From NCBI GenBank assembly GCA_966212355.1, contig CBIHRB010000008.1, positions 95,084 through 159,083 on the forward strand: a stretch of DNA of 64,000 nucleotides. Direction: 5' to 3'. Each line of letters opens with the position of its first letter. The stretch's first letter is position 1. Positions 59,808 through 64,000 of the stretch are shown here, piece after piece. The translations under genes and the position numbers were made by a program. The notes under the pieces were generated by a model. It was not told where the DNA came from. It saw only the letters and a list, made by a program, of their open reading frames with translations, and made no database searches. The stretch is from an uncultured Mucilaginibacter sp. Lineage in GTDB: Bacteria > Bacteroidota > Bacteroidia > Sphingobacteriales > Sphingobacteriaceae.

Positions 59808-61610
59808 TCAAAACTTCCCCTGGTCCATCAACTTTTTCCGCTCCGCTTTTCTTTTCTGGCGCTCTGCTTTATTCTTTAAACGTTCTTCTTTGTTTTTGAG
59901 ATGCTCGTCAATGCGGTCTTTAGTGGCTTTTTGGCTTTCTTCATCAAGGCCGACACATGGTTTTATACCGGTAAGCAGGGTTTTCCAGATAGTTTTAAAA
60001 AATGGCGAATCTTTAGGCCGTTTATAGATCACTAATGATGAAGTGAGCTTCCCCTTATCATCAGGATTACTACGCCTGATCACGAAGAGATTGGCATATA
60101 TCGACATGATTGATTTCCTTTTGAAACGATCATTAACCGTATCGGCTTTTAGTAGCACCACCTTTAAATCGTTATATAAAAAATCAACCTTACCTTTAAA
60201 TACCTTGCTGTTGGCCTGGATATCAAAGCTGAATTTTTTTACGCTGCCCGATGTCATTTTTACCATGGCTAAAGGCATGGTAGCCGGATTTAGCCTTCCA
60301 AATTCCATTGGTCCTAATGTGCCCTTATAACTGAAGGCGGCATCTGCATCGCTTAAATTAAATTTCAATTGCACATCGAGCCGGCCGCGGTTCATAAAAT
60401 ACGTTGTCAGATCAACAAGGGTAATGTTGTTTTTGGCTATGGCCGATGGATTGTTGGTAATGTTATAAATATACCCGCTGGTATTGTTAAATGTAACGGT
60501 GCCTGTTTTTTGAGATTTTTTATTGAACTCGTTATAGATCACATCAACGTGCCGGATTTTCATGGTGTCGATCCTTAAATCAAGGTTTAATTTCCTGATC
60601 ATCATATTGGGGAACGTTTTAACCTTATCTGTTACAGGATCTGGTTTCTTACCCGGGTTGGTGAAAGCTGTTATCTTGCCGTTTGCCATGGTTAGGCTTG
60701 AAGCAGAAACTGTGCGGTATTTGTGATAATTTAAATAGTCAAAATTGTTTAGCTGAACAGAATCGGCCAGTAAGCCCAGCCGGTCCTTCTTGCTTTTATC
60801 AAAAAAAACATCCGATTTAGTTGGCTGCATAACAAGCCCTTCGATATTTAGCCGTGATGTAAGGGTTGAGAGTTTAAGATGCCTGATCTTATAAGTATGC
60901 AAACCGCTCGGTGTTTCTCCGGTGTAATTGTTCAACTCGGTGATAATATCTTTGCAATAAAGCAGGCGCGATTTATCATATTGTGTAGCCGAATCAATGA
61001 GCAGGTCGTTTGCACTTAAGTTTAGCTCTTTAAGTTTGGAAATGGCCACCTTATTTCCCGAGTAATCTTCATAGTTCAGGTTAACGTCATTAAGCAGGAT
61101 GCTGCCGATATGGATCGATTTCAGGCTTTTGGAGATCCGCTGCCAGGCGGTACGGCGATCTTTAACAACAGTATCTTTGGTATGGTTTAACTGGTAGCTT
61201 ACATTCAGGCGCGGCTCATTCAGGATGATTTGGCCAATGTTCAACTTTTTTTGAAAATAGAGGCTAAATGGATGCACGTGGTTAAGCACCAGCCGTTTTA
61301 CCTTAAGCTCAACCAGGGTATTGGGGGCCAGGCGTAAACGCTTTTTTTGATTGTAAACTGTTGTGTCGGGCTTAAGGGTTATATTGTAAATAATAATTTT
61401 GCCCTGCAGGATATGCAGCTCGGCGTCCGAAAAATCGGCTTTGTAAAGGCTGTCGCTGCTGCTTAATACCACATCCTTTACTTTGGCGGCCAAAATGGGC
61501 GACCAATACCTGTTTACTACTACAGCCAGCAGCAATATCACTATAACCGGTATCAGCACAAATTTAAAAGTTTTTTTTTGCCACTGGTGCTTTAAAAAAT
61601 TGAGTGCCAT
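59808..61610 (-). CDS. AsmA/DUF748-like membrane-anchored beta-rich protein
   Basis: N-terminal TM anchor, beta-rich repeats, charged C-terminal tail; family is inference. Confidence 0.5.
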   Translation of the reverse strand: MALNFLKHQWQKKTFKFVLIPVIVILLLAVVVNRYWSPILAAKVKDVVLSSSDSLYKADFSDAELHILQGKIIIYNITLKPDTTVYNQKKRLRLAPNTLVELKVKRLVLNHVHPFSLYFQKKLNIGQIILNEPRLNVSYQLNHTKDTVVKDRRTAWQRISKSLKSIHIGSILLNDVNLNYEDYSGNKVAISKLKELNLSANDLLIDSATQYDKSRLLYCKDIITELNNYTGETPSGLHTYKIRHLKLSTLTSRLNIEGLVMQPTKSDVFFDKSKKDRLGLLADSVQLNNFDYLNYHKYRTVSASSLTMANGKITAFTNPGKKPDPVTDKVKTFPNMMIRKLNLDLRIDTMKIRHVDVIYNEFNKKSQKTGTVTFNNTSGYIYNITNNPSAIAKNNITLVDLTTYFMNRGRLDVQLKFNLSDADAAFSYKGTLGPMEFGRLNPATMPLAMVKMTSGSVKKFSFDIQANSKVFKGKVDFLYNDLKVVLLKADTVNDRFKRKSIMSIYANLFVIRRSNPDDKGKLTSSLVIYKRPKDSPFFKTIWKTLLTGIKPCVGLDEESQKATKDRIDEHLKNKEERLKNKAERQKRKAERKKLMDQGKF

Positions 61611-61786
61611 TTACCGGTGTTACTTTTACTTGTGTTTTAATGCTTTAACAGCAAGGTAGCAACTTTTGTTATAGCGTAGCGGATGGATAAGTTATTTTTT
61701 GTTAAAACTCATACTTAATTCATCATTGTTAATGCGGGATCATATGCCGGTGTTTAACTCAAATAAAGGTTTTGTTTAACTGCAAA

Positions 61787-61812
61787 GCAACCCTCGGGAA
61801 TTTCAGGGCGTT
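61787..61812 (+). promoter_or_regulatory. Possible ECF-sigma promoter GCAACC-N16-CGTT
   Basis: AAC-containing -35 and CGT-containing -10 with a 16-nt spacer, 40 nt before the lipoprotein ATG. Confidence 0.4.
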
Positions 61813-61852
61813 ATGTTTATAAATATCCATAACTAACATCATAAGACTCCCG

Positions 61853-62710
61853 ATGAAAACAAAAATGTACTTAGCCCTGACGGGCTCAATCGCCCTAACT
61901 TTATTAGCGGCATCGTGCAAAAAAAATCACGACAACAATCCAACCACACCTAAAGCTATTACCGGCGTACAGCTTACCTCAAACGCAACTTTTGGTAGTA
62001 TCATAACAGATAATAACGGCCGTGCGTTGTACTTGTTCTCTGATGATGCCGCAAACGTTTCAACTTGTACCGGTGGATGCGCTGTAGCCTGGCCTGCCTT
62101 TTATAAAGAAAACCCATCTATAGGTACCGGCCTGGCAGCTGCCGACTTCGGCGTTATCACCAATGCTGACGGAAATAAGCAAACTACCTATAAAGGCTGG
62201 CCTTTATATTATTATGCAAAAGACGTGGCTATTACCGATGTTAACGGTGATGGCGTTGGCAAATCATGGTTTATAGCCAAGCCGGATTACACCGTTATGG
62301 TTTCCTACGCGCAACTCATAGGGCATGATGGTAACCAATACACAAGCAAAGGTATCGCCGGCACCGAAAACTCGCAATATATCACAGATGCCAACGGCCG
62401 TACTTTGTACCTGTTTACTAAGGATACGTTTAAGACAAATAAATTCAGCACCGGTGTGGCGGTGCATGACGCCAACTGGCCAATCGATGCGGTAACGGCG
62501 GTTCAGAATGTGCCTTCTATTTTAAATAAAGCCGACTTTGATGTGATAACCGTATTCGGACAAACACAACTGGTGTACAAAGGGCATCCACTTTACTATT
62601 TTGGCCAGGACAATGGTGTTAAAGGTAGTACTAAGGGTGTTAGCTTCCCTACGCCCGGTGCAGCTATCTGGCAAATCAATAATACCACCACTGTAGCTTT
62701 AACACAATAA
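61853..62710 (+). CDS. Lipoprotein with Lipoprotein_15 (COG4315-like) secreted repeats
   Basis: Lipobox LAASC; repeated GRxLYLFxxD and QxxYKGxPLYY motifs. Confidence 0.85.
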   Translation: MKTKMYLALTGSIALTLLAASCKKNHDNNPTTPKAITGVQLTSNATFGSIITDNNGRALYLFSDDAANVSTCTGGCAVAWPAFYKENPSIGTGLAAADFGVITNADGNKQTTYKGWPLYYYAKDVAITDVNGDGVGKSWFIAKPDYTVMVSYAQLIGHDGNQYTSKGIAGTENSQYITDANGRTLYLFTKDTFKTNKFSTGVAVHDANWPIDAVTAVQNVPSILNKADFDVITVFGQTQLVYKGHPLYYFGQDNGVKGSTKGVSFPTPGAAIWQINNTTTVALTQ

Positions 62711-62733
62711 ATAACGACTTATTTGAATAGGAT

Positions 62734-62768
62734 AAACGGGTAATGCGAAAGTGTTACCCGTTTTTTTT
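62734..62768 (+). terminator. Rho-independent terminator
   Basis: AAACGGGTAATGC-GAAA-GTGTTACCCGTTT followed by a T tract. Confidence 0.85.
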
Positions 62769-62856
62769 GAAATGAATGAGATTTTATTTAATACTGACAA
62801 TATGTCATTTAGGTATTTAAATTTTGTTTATTTTTGCAAACTAATTTTTTATATAA

Positions 62857-64000
62857 ATGATGGATTTGCTTATTCCGGATAAAACACATGATGAGAGCAG
62901 GCAGGGTGAGGCGTTAATGTTAAAAGCCGAAACAGCTAAAAATAATGGCCGCAAGCTTTATATTGAAAGCTACGGCTGTGCCATGAATTTTTCTGACAGT
63001 GAGATAGTTGCATCGATATTGGCCGAAAGTGGTTTTGAAACTACTGCCGACTATAGCGTAGCCGATGTTATTTTCATCAATACCTGTTCTATCCGCGAAA
63101 ATGCCGAACAGCGCGTACGCAACCGTTTAAAAGAGTTTACCGTTGCCAAGGTAAAAAATCCAGGCCTGGTAGTAGGCGTATTGGGCTGTATGGCCGAACG
63201 CCTCAAATCAAAATTCCTGGAAGAAGAAAAATTAGTTGACGTTGTGGTTGGCCCGGACGCGTACCGCGATTTGCCGAACCTCATTAACCAGGTAGATGAT
63301 GGTCAAAAGGCAGTTAACGTGCTGCTCTCCCGTGAGGAAACTTATGCCGATATCAGCCCGGTGCGTTTAAACAGCAATGGTATCAATGCATTTGTATCCA
63401 TTATGCGCGGGTGCGACAACATGTGCTCGTTTTGCGTGGTACCCTTTACCCGTGGCCGCGAACGCAGCCGCGATCCTTTATCGATAGTTGCCGAATGCCG
63501 CGACCTGTTTGACAAAGGTTATCGTGAGGTTACTTTGTTAGGGCAGAATGTAGATTCATATAAGTGGCGTCCCACCCAAACTCTCCCCGGAAGGGATAAG
63601 CCCCACCCAAACCCTCCCCAGGAGGGAGGGCTTTTAGAAGTCTCCCCTGCCGGGGGAGATTTAGAGGGGGCTGGTGAGGCTGTTAACTTCGCTAACCTGT
63701 TAGAAATGGTTGCACTGATCGATCCTGATCTGCGGGTTAGGTTTTCAACCTCACATCCAAAGGATATCACCGATGAGGTGCTGCATGCCATCAATAAATA
63801 CGATAACATCTGTAATTATATCCACCTGCCGGTACAATCGGGCAACAGCCGTATTCTTGACCTGATGAACCGCACTTATGACCGTGAATGGTATATCAAC
63901 AGGATCGACGCTATCCGTCGTATCATTCCGGATTGTGCAATTTCAACCGATGTGATCACCGGTTTTTGCAGCGAAACAGATGAGGAGCACAAGGATACTG
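62857..64000 (+). CDS. miaB: tRNA-2-methylthio-N6-dimethylallyladenosine synthase MiaB, 3' end outside window (absent from ORF track)
   Basis: Hand translation: [63 protein letters not shown]; no stop codon seen. Confidence 0.96.
   Translation, partial: MMDLLIPDKTHDESRQGEALMLKAETAKNNGRKLYIESYGCAMNFSDSEIVASILAESGFETTADYSVADVIFINTCSIRENAEQRVRNRLKEFTVAKVKNPGLVVGVLGCMAERLKSKFLEEEKLVDVVVGPDAYRDLPNLINQVDDGQKAVNVLLSREETYADISPVRLNSNGINAFVSIMRGCDNMCSFCVVPFTRGRERSRDPLSIVAECRDLFDKGYREVTLLGQNVDSYKWRPTQTLPGRDKPHPNPPQEGGLLEVSPAGGDLEGAGEAVNFANLLEMVALIDPDLRVRFSTSHPKDITDEVLHAINKYDNICNYIHLPVQSGNSRILDLMNRTYDREWYINRIDAIRRIIPDCAISTDVITGFCSETDEEHKDT
63571..63672 (+). repeat. Family A repeat inserted in frame within miaB
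   Basis: 102 bp; encodes [34 protein letters not shown]. Confidence 0.9.

Larger units (their letters stand above)
58711..59810. mobile_element. 1.1-kb non-autonomous unit with 37-bp imperfect terminal inverted repeats (family C), carrying a TA pair and REP remnants
   Basis: 58711-58747 vs reverse complement of 59774-59810: 34/37 identical; no transposase and no evident TSD. Confidence 0.6.

Noticed and set aside
59564-60027. ORFs 59564-59782 (-) and 59707-60027 (+)
   Set aside because: They run through repeat arms and overlap the toxin or AsmA-like gene; likely spurious.
1-64000. tRNA, rRNA, riboswitch, integrase or transposase genes
   Set aside because: None recognised by eye in the intergenic regions or the ORF track; a covariance-model scan (tRNAscan-SE/Rfam) would be needed to exclude them formally.

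Overview
Core-genome window of a Bacteroidetes bacterium. Gene content, T9SS sprA and TAnnTTTG promoters suggest Sphingobacteriaceae, probably Mucilaginibacter (inference). It holds about 55 mostly housekeeping genes: ftcD, uvrB, upp, yjjG, purQ, coaX, lptC, ppiD-like, gmd, dxs, scpA, glyA, a hybrid kinase, comF, rlmN, dut, envC-like, two tatA, gatA, mltD, maeB, ruvA, sprA and miaB. I saw no rRNA, tRNA, CRISPR array, integrase or transposase. The unusual part is an accessory layer made of many short REP/STRR-like inverted-repeat families plus small type II toxin-antitoxin (TA) cassettes. (1) A GC-rich palindromic repeat found between genes at 33.6 kb and 50.8 kb is also inserted in frame (102 bp, 34 aa) in the radical-SAM domain of MiaB. 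(2) A hicBA cassette sits between 22-bp direct repeats that duplicate the yjjG stop/dinB start junction. (3) A DUF2683/RelE-ParE pair lies inside a 1.1-kb unit with 37-bp inverted ends. (4) An orphan antitoxin is bracketed by heptamer arrays that supply its promoter -7 box and ATG. (5) Other repeat arms encode a signal-peptide core (TPR protein) and an N-terminal extension (YjjG). All calls come from reading the sequence and ORF track; no database search was run.
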